A stretch of DNA of 64,000 nucleotides from Macrostomum lignano. Taxonomy: Eukaryota. This document shows, piece by piece, positions 12,697-24,941 of the stretch. The position numbers and the translations under genes were made by a program. Position 1 is the first letter of the stretch, and each line of letters starts with the position of its first letter. The notes under the pieces are model-generated. The model saw only the letters and a list, made by a program, of their open reading frames with translations, was not told where the DNA came from and did not search any database. The stretch spans positions 47,717 to 111,716 of the forward strand of contig NIVC01003205.1 in assembly GCA_002269645.1 (NCBI GenBank), given 5' to 3'.

Positions 12697-12889
12697 TATA
12701 CCATGACCTTTTTGCCTAGCGGGCACTCAGATCCCTTCAATACCATAGACTACATTTAAGCCCGCATGAATTGAAAAAAGTCTAAGTCAAAACTTTCATT
12801 TAATGCCCGCAAATTTTCGGGCAGTTTAACAGCAGTTTGACATATATTTTCAAAAGAACACGAGCGCGATATTCTCTGCATTATTCCTT

Positions 12890-13770
12890 ATGTAGCCTAG
12901 TTGGTATTTCGAGCTTTCAATAGATACGGAAATCAGGCTTGCGAGACTGAAACTTTTCTGTCTATGGTCGGCACTCGTTGGCATAGCAGAGTTGAATCCT
13001 TGGGGCATCAATTTGATCATTCTAATCATATAACGTTAGATATCCAGTGCTATAACACAAGTCGTTTACTTATCATTGAGAAAATCTAAAGCAGAACATT
13101 ACTCTAAACAAATAAAAGCTTTAGCGTTGGATGTCGTCGAGTCAGGCTGGAATAAACCTCAGCATCTGCCGGTACCAGCCTCCGCATTTTGCAACGGTCA
13201 CTTCACGGGTTGCGTCCTCTGCAACCCTCTGTAGGACAAGGATTCGCCACTCTCGTAGCAAATGACCATCAGGCGGAGTGTCTTGCAGTTTTGGTTGAGC
13301 CAGCTGGCATTTTATGGCTGCCTTCAGGCAGTCGTGCGCGTTCTCCACAGGATTGAGGAATGGCGAGCATGGAGGCCACCAGGCGCCAAGCGGGCTTAAA
13401 TTGATCTGGGATTGCCACTCCATGATGAAAACGGGCTCCATCCATGATCACACAGAACTCCTCGCCATAAGGTACATCACCACGACTCGTCACGCATTGC
13501 ACCAGATTATTGATGGACGTCTGGAACCTGACTGCCGTCGTAGTCTCTCCGAGGATCATATGATGTAAAAACAAATTAAAAACAGGTTTCGCTGACAGTA
13601 AAAATGTGCATTGAATGCATAGAATGATCAAATTGATGTCCCCAGGATTAAATTGAACTCCGTTATACCAACGAGTGTCGACCATAGACAGAAAATTTTC
13701 TGTCTCGGAAGCCTGATTTCCGTATCTATGATTAAATTGAAAGCTTGCAGTACCAAGTAGGCCGCAAAAA
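12890..13770 (-). mobile_element. Degenerate, internally deleted Tc1/IS630-like DDE transposon
   Basis: Imperfect ~100-bp inverted repeats (~12895-12995 vs ~13655-13765) enclose a frameshifted transposase C-terminus (~13565-13142): VIMDGARFHH followed by PPCSPFLNPVEN. Confidence 0.8.
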
Positions 13771-15865
13771 TGAATACTAAATCAGCGTATAATAACTCGG
13801 AAACATGTCGATGCAATCATAAAACATAGAACAAATGTCAGTACTAAGATGCTTAAACTCATCAGTTATTCCACTTACATGTAGATAAAACACTTGATTC
13901 CTTCCTTCTCCAGCTAAACAGTTGGCTCCCGCTGGCTCTCAGTCGCGGTGGTTGCAGACGCGACCTTAAACGCACTAGAAACAGACAGTTTAGCAGCAGT
14001 AGAAGCTGACAGTTCAGCAGCCAGAAAAGTCTTCACTCTTCCAAGCATAGATCGCCGTCTGCTTCTCTGTTGACTGTACAGCAGAGGCCTTCTCCAAATT
14101 AGCAATCTAACTGAGGATAATCGGTCGCCCATTTGAGGTTAATCGGTCGTGGTGAGCATGAAGTCTTCGATTATGCTTGATTCGATGGCTAGAAGTCCAT
14201 CAAATTGCGAAATTGCCGTCCACAAACTCCACTTCATCGGTGCCTAATGCGGCTATCTCTCCTTCAAGAATGCCATTATAATTGATCATTTTATTGCCTT
14301 CACATGTAAACTGTATATGCTGTACTGCAACGTGTTTCTAGACTGCTGTGCTGCATGACAAGCTTCGTTTTTATCAAATGAAAGTGTCTGTGGTTGACAT
14401 CGTCCATGATTCCATAGCATATAAACGCAGAATTAAGGCAAAACAGGGGAGCTTGTGTTCAACCACGAAGTCAGAAAGACAAAAGCACTTTGACTCATAT
14501 TTTTGTTTGATTAAAAAACTTGCCTAGTAAATTCCTGTTGCACAGCGCAAGTCGGAGGTCAAAAAATTATGAAGCCCGAATTTTTGCAATCTTCAAGCCC
14601 AGCCAGAGGAAAAAGAAAATTCCATGCTCAGAGGAAGACTTCCACTTGTATCTGCTAAAAGTGGCGCATCAGTTTGGAAAATTACCCCGCACTTCCATGC
14701 GGCTGAGGGCGCTATGATTACAAAAAATCTTAAGTTGTGGGGACTTTTTGATTTTTAGATAAAAATATGAAGTCATGTGGTATTTACGGTAGAAAATGGG
14801 TTAGAAGTGTTTTCATTTTGGTAAAATTCTGCAGAAAACTTTTAAACGCTTTAAGTCGTCCAACATGAATCATACATTTGCATACATTTGCTGCAGACTA
14901 TCCATAAAATGGCCAAACTGTCGCAATTTCTGGGCTGAATATGAGCTTTGCCACCTAAAGCTGTGACTAACTCGTATGAATTTAAATTATAGCTGAAATT
15001 TGCATTATTTGCATTTATCTGACCCAATAAATACTTGTTATTCCCAGTTATTCCCATTAGTTTTACATGGCCTTTTATTTCAAATCACTGAATTCATTGA
15101 ATAATACGAGCCGTAGTTGCTAAAAAGTACAAAAAGATCTGAAATTTTTTTCTAATCAAATTTGACAATTTTATATTATATATTTATAGAGATTGAACTT
15201 TGGCAGTCTCGTTGACTAACTCAACGGCCTGGAGGGGGTTGGCTACAGTTGCTCTAATTTCAGGTGTGTAGCGCTCCTTTCAAGCGCACTAAAGAGTTGT
15301 CCAGCGAATCACCTCTTTTGCAGCTGTATAACTGTGCTGTGTGCGTTCATGAACATTGCAGTGCTAATGCGCTTATTAAGTACAGGGCTTTGGCCCAGAG
15401 CGGGATTGTTTGTCTCGGTAACTAACTCGGTTACAGCTTTATTCTGGCCCACTTCCCGTAGCGGCTTTTTTTGCCAGGCATTTTCAAGAATGGCGCCATA
15501 GTGTGATCGAACCTGAACCCCCAATCTCTACAAGTCAGCCTTTGCCATGGGTGTGACACTTTTGGTCATTTATTAAGTCACCTTGAATCCGCCGTAGCGG
15601 TGCGCAGGTCTTTCCACCGCAGAGTATTGCTTTTCAGTTAGCGCGTGAAGGAAGGTTTACTAGTACCTTCCCAGCGGTTTATCAGTCAAGTTTGAATTCG
15701 GCACATTGGAATTTCCCCCTAAGGTAACGAACATTGTCCCCCACCATTCCAAGCCGGTGCTATAAATGGAGCCACTTTGCCAGGGCGGAGAGTTTGGAGA
15801 GCAGAATTTTGGCTTAGAACTCCGTCTCTTTTAGCCAACAAATTTCAAGCTCTACCCAACCAGAA

Positions 15866-17718
15866 ATGGATCCGACCTCCGAATCCCTGCGCGTTCGCCG
15901 GCTTCGCTGCCCTACGGTGCCATGCCTACTCTGTCTGTGCCCAGCGCTTCTGCTGCTCGAGCAGCAGATTCTGCTTGGCGCGCTGGCACTGCTTTGCTGT
16001 GCACTCCAGCTGACCCAGGCGAGGGCCCTCATCTTGGCGAGCACTGGCCTCGGCTCCGTGAAGGATCTGCGCTGGGCTGTAAGCAAATTTCTCAACTCTG
16101 ACGCGTGTTTGCATTTTGTAGCATTAAGAACACGCCAGGAATAGCTGTAGAACTATATTATGTAGATTTGGCTTCTCTAAAATGCACCCCACAAGCTACA
16201 GAAATGAGTGACATCTTCACTTGTATTTGTATTCCCAGGATAAATAGTTGCAGTTTCAATCAAGTTGGTTTTACGGCTTTATAAAAGGGTATTAGAAGCT
16301 AATAGAAAAGGTCCTACGCTCGTACTCTGAAAAGAATTTCAAAACTGGCGCTACATATCACGCCATGTGTGAGGTACGTCAGACCTAAAAATAGACTTTG
16401 ATCAAACTTTCGTTATCTCTCGCTATTTTTAAGTTTTAAATAAAAAACCTTAAACGCAGGGCATTAGCGATTAACCAAGGTCTGCAGAACTTTACTACTT
16501 CAACTTTGCCTCAGACTGTGCCCTTTGGCCCTTGGTGGACTGTTGAGCTATCGCGTGAAAAAACTTAGCAGTGGACTAGACATTTGAAATTTAGCTTGAG
16601 CAGACATGCCGGACTTATTGCCACTTTTCCCAGTGTAAAACCTTTCTACAACGCCCGTTTCTTTTATATTTCAGCTCCAACTCTACCGCAGGTTACCACT
16701 GAATGCTTTCTCTCGCCTTTGGGGCCGCTGCCACCAGCTTCCGTTACCGTTGTTCGCTCGAAGCCCAGCCTACCGTCTGTACAGCAAGCTATGCAACTGC
16801 AACCTCGATGAGGCCGACTTCAATGACCTGCGTGAGTTTCGCAACCTTTCTGAGTTCTTTAGACGCTCGCTCAAGCCGGAAGTACGGCCCATCTGCCCAG
16901 CTGCACGCATTGTCTCACCCGCTGATGGGACTGTGCTGCACTTCGGACGTGTAGCGAGTGGCCATGTCGAGCAGGTGAAGGGCGTCACCTACACTCTACA
17001 AGGGTTCCTCGGGCCAGACCCTCTCGGAGACAATGGCTCATCGGAGTGCTCTACGTCCCCGATGGAACGAAAGCTGCAAGATTCCGAGTACCACGACCAT
17101 CTAAAGCAAAATCCAGAGAATGAACTGTACCACTGTGTGATCTATCTCAGCCCAGGCGATTATCACCGGTTTCACTCGTCTGTTGACTGGACAGTGCACA
17201 AGCGACGCCACTTCCCGGGCCATCTGCTGTCTGTCGCACCGCGCATCGCAGGCATGATCCGGGGGCTGTTTTGCATCAATGAGCGGGCCGTGTACATGGG
17301 CAGCTGGCGCCACGGCTTCTTTTCTTACACGGCAGTCGGGGCCACTAACGTGGGCTCCATCAGCGTCTTTAAGGATGAGGTAAGAGCTGCTTTTGCTATT
17401 CGGATTCAAACATATTTTGTTCCAAAAAATCGACAAGCACAGAAACGAGTATTAGCACTGATTAGATTCTTCATAAAGTTTCTAACTATCACTCGGATCC
17501 CCCTTTCACAACAGGAGCTACGAACGAACCGAGGCGGCGCAGGCTTCCAGGACCGCATTTTTCCTGAAGGAAGCTTTGTTGCAGGCAAAGGCGAGCTTTT
17601 TGGCGAGTTCAACCTGGGAAGCACTGTCGTGCTGTTGTTTGAAGCGCCCAAGAGCTACCGCTTCAGCCTCCGAACGGGACAGAAAATTCTGGTCGGCCAA
17701 AGCCTGGGCACCGAGTGA
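15866..17718 (+). CDS. PISD: Phosphatidylserine decarboxylase proenzyme
   Basis: Exons 15866-16078, 16675-17379 and 17515-17718 join in frame (...LRWA|LQLYRRLPLNAFSRLWG...). Motifs SEFFRRSLKP, SPADG, YLSPGDYHRFH, VGATNVGSI and the FNLGST self-cleavage site. The exact start is less certain. Confidence 0.95.
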
Positions 17719-19385
17719 ATCTTAACTGAGACTTTATTATTTCGTGTATAAAAGGGATTCGGCGTTTGCACGCTCACTTAATGTTAACAGGTGTGTTTTG
17801 CTTCTCTTTCTTGAGAAGCAGCATGTCGCTGATGAATCCTGCACTTTATTTTTTTACCTTTTTAGTTTTTGTCTCTGCTTTAAACTGCCGCTAAAGATTT
17901 AGAACTCAGTATACAGTGAAGTACGTAGGATCCCTGCATTTAATTTCACTCAGATTCCTTAGTCACCATAAAACTTCGAGATGGCTGCACCTTGCATTTT
18001 TAGTTTTTAGTCTGGAGTCTGAACCCAGCCCTTTAAGCAACCAATAGTTATACAGATTCGGTGGCATTTACATGGTCGGGAGGTTAATTCTCACATAGAG
18101 CAACTAGATAGGATTGCATTTAGTTTTTCAGCAGTTTTAATTTGGCGGCAGTATTTTCTTAGAAAAATAGGATGCATACTCGTATATAACTGAGCCTGTC
18201 TGCGCAGTATAATTCAAAATATCGAATTCTTGAATGCGTGCGCCTTTTATTGCTAGAAAATGAACAAAACTTGATATTCTAGCCTCTATGAATTTCTTCT
18301 ACTCATTTTTATTCCATTGGCAATATTAAAATACGAATGTCATGCTACTTGTTATCCCCTTAACATTTTTCATCTTTCCATTCGTAAAATGTGTTTTACA
18401 GTATTTTGTAAATACATTCACGATTTCTAACCTCGATTCGAGGCATAAATCGTCGAGGACAGTTCCTTGGTGAGTTGTCTTCTGAGCCAATACCAATCAC
18501 TAATGTGTCCTATATGGTGCACTTTTGTTTTTTGTGTTGCTAAATAAACAATTAAAATGCAACTTTGGTGAGCTGGTTAAATAGCCAAGTAATAAGGAAT
18601 AATAAGGAAATGGGATAATTTATGGATTTGCAGTTGAATGCAATCACGACACAAATACAGAGGCAAATAAGAGGCTCAAGTGTACATTAACCTTTAGCGA
18701 TAGTTCCATTCTGCTCGAAATTTGGCAATACAGCAGTCAAGTATAGAAGCCATTTTAATGTTTCTGTCAAGAGAGATAACTCGATGCTTTTGAGTGGCTA
18801 AACGGCAACATAATTTAAATGTGTGCACCTCTCTCACTAATATTTTAATTACAAGTACGCACTGTTACACTGATTCTCTATAAATGGCGTTATTAGGTTT
18901 GCTACGTTGAGGTAAAATTTTAATTAAAAAGTTATATTGAAAGGCTTTATCACGGGTTAATTGAAAAGCCGTCTATGAGTATTTCTATATCCTTATTTGT
19001 GTAGTTCAGAAATTTAGAGGTCGAGACACATGAGCACTTAAAAACAGCTAATTCCAAAACAAAGTTTCAATAAAAGTGTCTTGAACTTTGCTTATTGAAT
19101 ACATTTACATTTTGCTAACTTTATTCCAAAGTCAGTTGGTGTCCTTGAATTCGCAAAACAAAAAGCGTCACCACTCCGGCCCGGCAGCAAAGCAGGGAGC
19201 CCACAGGGCTCCGTGCATGAAGTGCTGTTGCTTACGCTGCACGCTCCCTAGCGGGGAGTACAGGAGCGGTTGAGCAGTCGCTGAATGCCAGTTGGCTGAC
19301 CCCGGATTCGTTCATATTCAAAACTAGGCCCTAATGTGCACCTTGTGATGCTTTTTTGACATTCAGCATACCTTTTGCTTTTACA

Positions 19386-20235
19386 CATCAGGACTTGAAG
19401 CTACTTTGGCGGTGATCGAGACCATCCTGTTGTACAACGCCGAGATCTGGGCGTTGACGGAATCGCTCGAACAGCAGGTCGATGCGGCGCACGCTGTCCT
19501 GCTGCGCGCCGCCATCAAGATCGGCAACGAGCGAGTCACCAATGCGGCACTCTATCGCCGCATCGGCCTGTCCCGTCCCAGCGAACTGTTGCGCCATCGG
19601 CGACTCCAGCTGGCAGGCCACATCATCTGAGCCGAGTCCTACTGCCCATAGCCGGTGCGGGAGGTGCTGCTGCTGATGCTGAAGGCACCCTACCGGCGAG
19701 GACAGGCGTGCACTCAGCGTTTTGTCGACTGCCTGCTGGCTGATGCTCCCCTCTGATACTCTACAACTACACTTGAGTAGTAGAATTCCTCTCTGATACT
19801 CTACAACTACACTTGAGTAGTAGAATTCCTCTCTGATACTCTACAACTACACTTGAGTAGTAGAATTCCTCTCTGATACTCTACAACTACACTTGAGTAG
19901 TAGAATTCCTTTATGATACTCTACAACTACACTTGAGTAGTAGAATTCCTTTATGATACTCTACAACTACACTTCAGTAGTAGAATTCCTTTATGATACT
20001 CTACAACTACACTTGAGTAGTACTTAGAATTCCACTCTGATACTCTACAACTACACTTGAGTAGTACTTAGAATTCCACTCAGATACTCTACGACTACAC
20101 TTTAGCAGCAATGCGCCCTGGACACTGCCGGCGGGGTGGCCTATGTTCGCGCTCAGGTCCCGAAACGCGCCCTGTGACGTTGTCTTGCCTCTTATGACTC
20201 ACTTGACTGGCTGACAACATATTTTGTTGTTGTTG
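19386..20235 (+). mobile_element. 5'-truncated RTE-like non-LTR retrotransposon remnant (post-RT C-terminus), interrupted by a minisatellite
   Basis: Reads AVIETILLYNAEIW...RRLQLAGHII*AESYCP*PV...RFVDCLLADA up to ~19749, then resumes ALDTAGGVAYVRAQVPKRAL* (20115-20177). A (TTG)n-like tail follows at ~20225. In-frame stops indicate decay. Confidence 0.85.
19751..20100. repeat. 40-bp tandem repeat, ~8.5 copies (two 44-bp variants)
   Basis: Unit ctctgatactctacaactacacttgagtagtagaattcct, with no spacers. Confidence 0.95.
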
Positions 20236-21851
20236 GAAAATAAGACACTACACTTTAACTTTTCGCTGGCACATTGTCACAGTGAGTTTCCCCGATTGCT
20301 TTGCAAGCTTTTCCAGGTGAATTCTCAAAATCTGCAACTGGTATTTGTCGGGAAAAGTTAATTTTCTTACCGGAATTAGCCCAAACATGAATACGAGCTA
20401 GCATTTGTTTCTTATCAGATTTTTACCTGTAAATAGCAGAGGGCAGTGAGGTTTTTAATGCACAGATCTTCTTGCTCTGATCGTCACTCTAGCTGCATAC
20501 AGCCATATAGGGAGAGAGAAGTAGCAGAAAATAGAATTGTAACAGCTGCTGACAAACACATCGAAATGCATGGCGTGTGGCCATTAGCTACTACCCACCT
20601 GTAAGATTCTGTATTATATAGAAGCTTTCTGGCTGGGCAGTAAGCTATACCTGTACAGAAACTGCTAGCTAGGTAGGTCTTGGTTGAATACCGTTAGCCT
20701 CGGGACACTGCATACACTGCTAAAGGCACTAGGCACACAGAACACCAGAGTTTTTTGCTCGTTTTTCTAAGCTCCAGGGCATGCAAACGAACTTCCGAGA
20801 CGTCAGCAAGTATATCTCTATCTGTGGCATCGCTGCGGGCCTGTAAGGACTACGTTTTGTTCCATGGACGAATATTTGCCATGGTAACAAGCAAATCATG
20901 CTCTCAATGACATAGACAGATCATAGGACAGGGTCATAGACAGGTCAATAGACAGGAGATCAAAGACAGGTTCAGACGGGTAGAGACCAATGCTGATAAT
21001 TCTGATGATGCTGCAAATCCCGAGAAGGCTGACAATTCTAAGAATGCAGAAAAGCTTAGATATAGCATAGTATTTTTACTCTCGTAAGCTAAATGAATTT
21101 CCGATCTTGAAAGAGCTCTCAGGTTTTGAAAATTTGAAAAGTTCTGTTGCTAAGATAGCCAAGACTTTTGTTGTTATTTAGCCTGTATGTTCGCGCAGAG
21201 CGCGTGCTCAATTGAAACCAAAGAACCAAAAACCATTAGTCACGTGTATTTATAGCAATGACGCTACTTTTTACCTCGTTTGACAGTTACAACAAAATAA
21301 GCTTTGACCAGAAAAAGGTTTAGAGAGGAAAAAATATACTGTTTATTTTTATTCGCTTTACTAACCGTGTGTGTTGAAATCCAGGTGATGTATCGAAGTT
21401 TACACGTTTCCCATATCTGTTCAGGAAAGGGGGAAATGAACTGACAGTAAAATAATAAACAGCCGAATAAAATATTTGACGATAGAGCAAATTGACAGAA
21501 TAGAAAAGTGAGAGAAACTTTGATGCATTGACATTTTGAGTAACACTGGTGTTTATGCTTAGGTGAGTTTAATAATTTTTATACACTCCATTGACACAAC
21601 AGAACGTTTTAATGTAAGCATTGTGACAGTTGTTTTGTGATATACTCGTATTCCATCGGCGACTCAAAAATGAATGAGCATATAAGGAGGTATATACGAG
21701 CGAAAAAAGAAGAGCAGGAAAAAAGAAGTTGCGAATAAAATAGCTATTTGATCAGTGAGAAGTGTAACGAATATGACGAATATATATTATTTGTTTCTCG
21801 TGTCAATTTCACGTAGCTTATCCAGTTCACTGACAGACCGTTCACTTTGAC

Positions 21852-22541
21852 TTAATGGTGGTGTGTGCTGGCGACCTTGTTTTTGCCGCTGTTGTCCTCG
21901 AAAAACATAAAGTCGATAAGCAGCACAGCAGCGACAAGCGTTGCCTTTGTCTCCACGGCCATGTCCTGCGGCACCTCCAGCAGAAACGTGTCAGCATCGG
22001 TGAGTATCTCCTTGGCAAAGCCGGCCCACTCTTTGTGCAACCGTCCAACCTCGTGAGTCTCATCAGCAGACATCATACGGAAGGTGTATTTCTGTCCGGG
22101 ACAGCGGCAGCCGCAATAGCACGGACCTTTTAGGTGCAGAACAACCATACCGTGTGAATCTCTAATGGTGAAGTTGGCGTTGCATGCGCTGCACTGCTGA
22201 AGCACAAATCCAACGATGTTGCCCTGTGGGGCCTCCACAGTGACGCTATCGCGACAGCAGCTGCAGCAACTGCAGCACTGACCGATAAAAAAGCACTTGT
22301 AGTCGCGAACTACTCGAATAACGTTGCGTCCGTTTGGATCCGTGATGTTAATAGTGAATGCACGATGCGCACCGCAGCACATGCGACCACAGAGACCTGT
22401 GCTTTCCTTTGCCCTCAGGAAAGTCACTCCAGCGCCGTCTTTAATCTCATACTCATTGTTCGTTTCGAAACCTGTCACAGCCTCAATGAGCTCAACTTTC
22501 TGCTTTACCTGAATTTTTTCAAGGGCAGCAAGGCGATCCAT
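21852..22541 (-). CDS. PLSCR: Phospholipid scramblase family protein, single coding exon (229 aa)
   Basis: QKVELIEAVTGFETNNEY, a Cys cluster CCSCCSCC, VGRLHKEWAG, and TDADTF...LIDFMFFE are typical of PLSCR. Confidence 0.93.
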   Translation of the reverse strand: MDRLAALEKIQVKQKVELIEAVTGFETNNEYEIKDGAGVTFLRAKESTGLCGRMCCGAHRAFTINITDPNGRNVIRVVRDYKCFFIGQCCSCCSCCRDSVTVEAPQGNIVGFVLQQCSACNANFTIRDSHGMVVLHLKGPCYCGCRCPGQKYTFRMMSADETHEVGRLHKEWAGFAKEILTDADTFLLEVPQDMAVETKATLVAAVLLIDFMFFEDNSGKNKVASTHHH

Positions 22542-24941
22542 TGTAGGTTAATCTCACAGATATTCGGTACGGGATCGCAGCTTGGAAAGTACTGGATTAG
22601 GCGGAGCTAGCTGTAAAAATCAAATCTGTTAACCTGCTCTCTAGAACGCTTCTCTGCCTTGCCAGAGCTTATCCTAAAAGAGGAAAGACTGTGTAGAGGT
22701 GGGGCAGTACCGGTTTCCAATAACAACGCAGAGCTTCTGCTGAGAGCTTAGAAGGGAGAGAGAGAGAGAGCAAGAGATGGGGTTGGCTTTCGTGCATGGA
22801 ATAAAATGGAATGAAGTGAACTAAAGCCGGGGACAGAAAACTAAAATGAACGCATTTGGAGTGCGTCGCCAATGCAAGTACTCTAGGTGACAGGAAAGGG
22901 AGACTCAAGCCTCTGCTATATAGGTGAAGAGTAGGTATCATCTGTACACCGCCTATTGTATTTGCTTTGCAGGGAAGAAAAATGTACTCATTTTTTGTAT
23001 TTTCTGGGTTGCAATATAGTATGTCATAGGGTGTGTTCTTTCTTTTTTTTGCAGTAGCCATCTTTTCGCCTGACCGATCTATAACGAGTGCAGAGCGCAA
23101 TTATTTATAACATGAAGGTTCAGCGCATAGTGAATGAGGGCATCGATCTGTATGTATAGCTGGTTCTTATGCTTAAATTTTTGCATGCTTGTAAATACGA
23201 GCTAACTTAGGTGCAACTTTTGTACGGTAATATGCGCAGTTTGTGTTCGCTTGAGAACAACTGCAGAAACACCAACTCTGATCTAGGTGTTTTTTAGTTT
23301 ACTTCATGTAGCTTGTCTAGCCAGGGTATAATCTTTTTGTGGCTTTATTCGCGACTTTCTAACAACAGAATCACCTTTCCGGACCAATTGAAATACCTAG
23401 CTTTTAAAGTCTGAGACATTCCATCACAGAAAGACCACACACGTGTTCGCAATAACATGCACACGTACAGTACATACAAATTCCAAGGCTAGCTTTGTCT
23501 ATTAAGTGCAATATTTGATTTGGATAAAGTATACATGTATTGCGTGCACATGTACGCAAATAAAATACAAGTATGTACCTTAGGTTTCCCAAAGCGTTTT
23601 ATCCAGGCGCGACGTAAATGCAGTATACGCGAGTCTGCGAAAACTTTTGTGAACGTAATTACATATATTTACGTGTATAAAATGATAACGCGTGTATAAA
23701 ATGAACGTGACAGCACATGTACAACAGTACATAAACAAGCAGTTATATGACGTCTTTGTGCATGGTTTGGTAAATTTATATTTCAATTTCAAACCTTGCA
23801 CGTACATATATTTATGTACATTTACACGAAAAAAGCAAATTGCTTCACGTACGATTGTGATGTGAGAAAATACATAATAATTTCTCACAATGAATATACA
23901 TATGCATGCAGTTCAATAAGTCCGTAATACGGAAAGGTTCTAAAAATAGGTCAGCTAGCCCTAAAATTTAAAACAGAATGGTCGAATTGATGTTCGAGCA
24001 CTCAATGAGCCCGCCTAATAATGCGCCGTATTATTATTATACGAAGAAAAATGTCCTTAAAGTTCAATCAACAAATTATTTATTTTACACACAAATATTA
24101 ACTCGAATATACGCACATATAAAAACAATACATAACAGACAGCATATATTACATGTGTATGCACGAAACGAAGTGATGCACGCAATAACCTGCTATAAGT
24201 AAATAAATTAAAATAAAAAGTTAAGTTAAACGAATTTTGCCTCTGATTCTAAGCGTAATTCTATAATACTTGACGGACATGACTGCGTTTCGATTGTTTA
24301 AATCACATAAAAATTTAAGTAAAAAATAACTGCTGCCGCAATTAGCGCACAATCGATCTTGCAACGAACACAGTCCGACTATTACCAGCTCTGCCCTTTA
24401 GGCCGTATAATAGATATTTATTGTGGATATATCTTCTAAATATAGTTAAAATATTTTCGGTAGGCCCTATTGCTGTATTCCCTTTTGGTGCCAAATATTT
24501 CTCGACTGCCGAAAAAAGCTAGGCCTATGCCAAAAAGTTTTAATTTTTTGTAAAAAAGTTTTTTTGGCAAACAAGCAGAAATGATTACAGTGTCTAATAC
24601 TAATGCCTAATTACTAAAATACAAAAAGTTTTATAACTTTATTACTTCACTAATTTTCAAAAGTAGTGGCCTAGGCTAGGCCTAAGTCTAGGCCCTAATA
24701 AGATGTCAGATTTTTATTGAGGCAAAACTCCAAAAGAGATTTATTTTATAATTTTTGAATTAGTAATTAAATGGAATTAAAGACAAAAAATGGGCCTAGC
24801 TACTAAAAATTAATATTTAATATATAATTCTGTTACAGATAGGTTTTAAAAATTTATTATATCCTTATTTCATGAGCATGCTGTAAGATGATAAGGCCTA
24901 GGGCTAGGCCTAGCCCTAAGCATAGCCATATGCCTAGGCTA

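Noticed and set aside
13914-14290. Coding-like minus-strand fragments
   Set aside because: Broken by stops with no identifiable motif; probably decayed TE sequence.
19751-20100. CRISPR-like appearance of the 40-bp array (also the 64-bp and 22-bp arrays)
   Set aside because: Head-to-tail units with no unique spacers, no cas genes, and a eukaryotic context.
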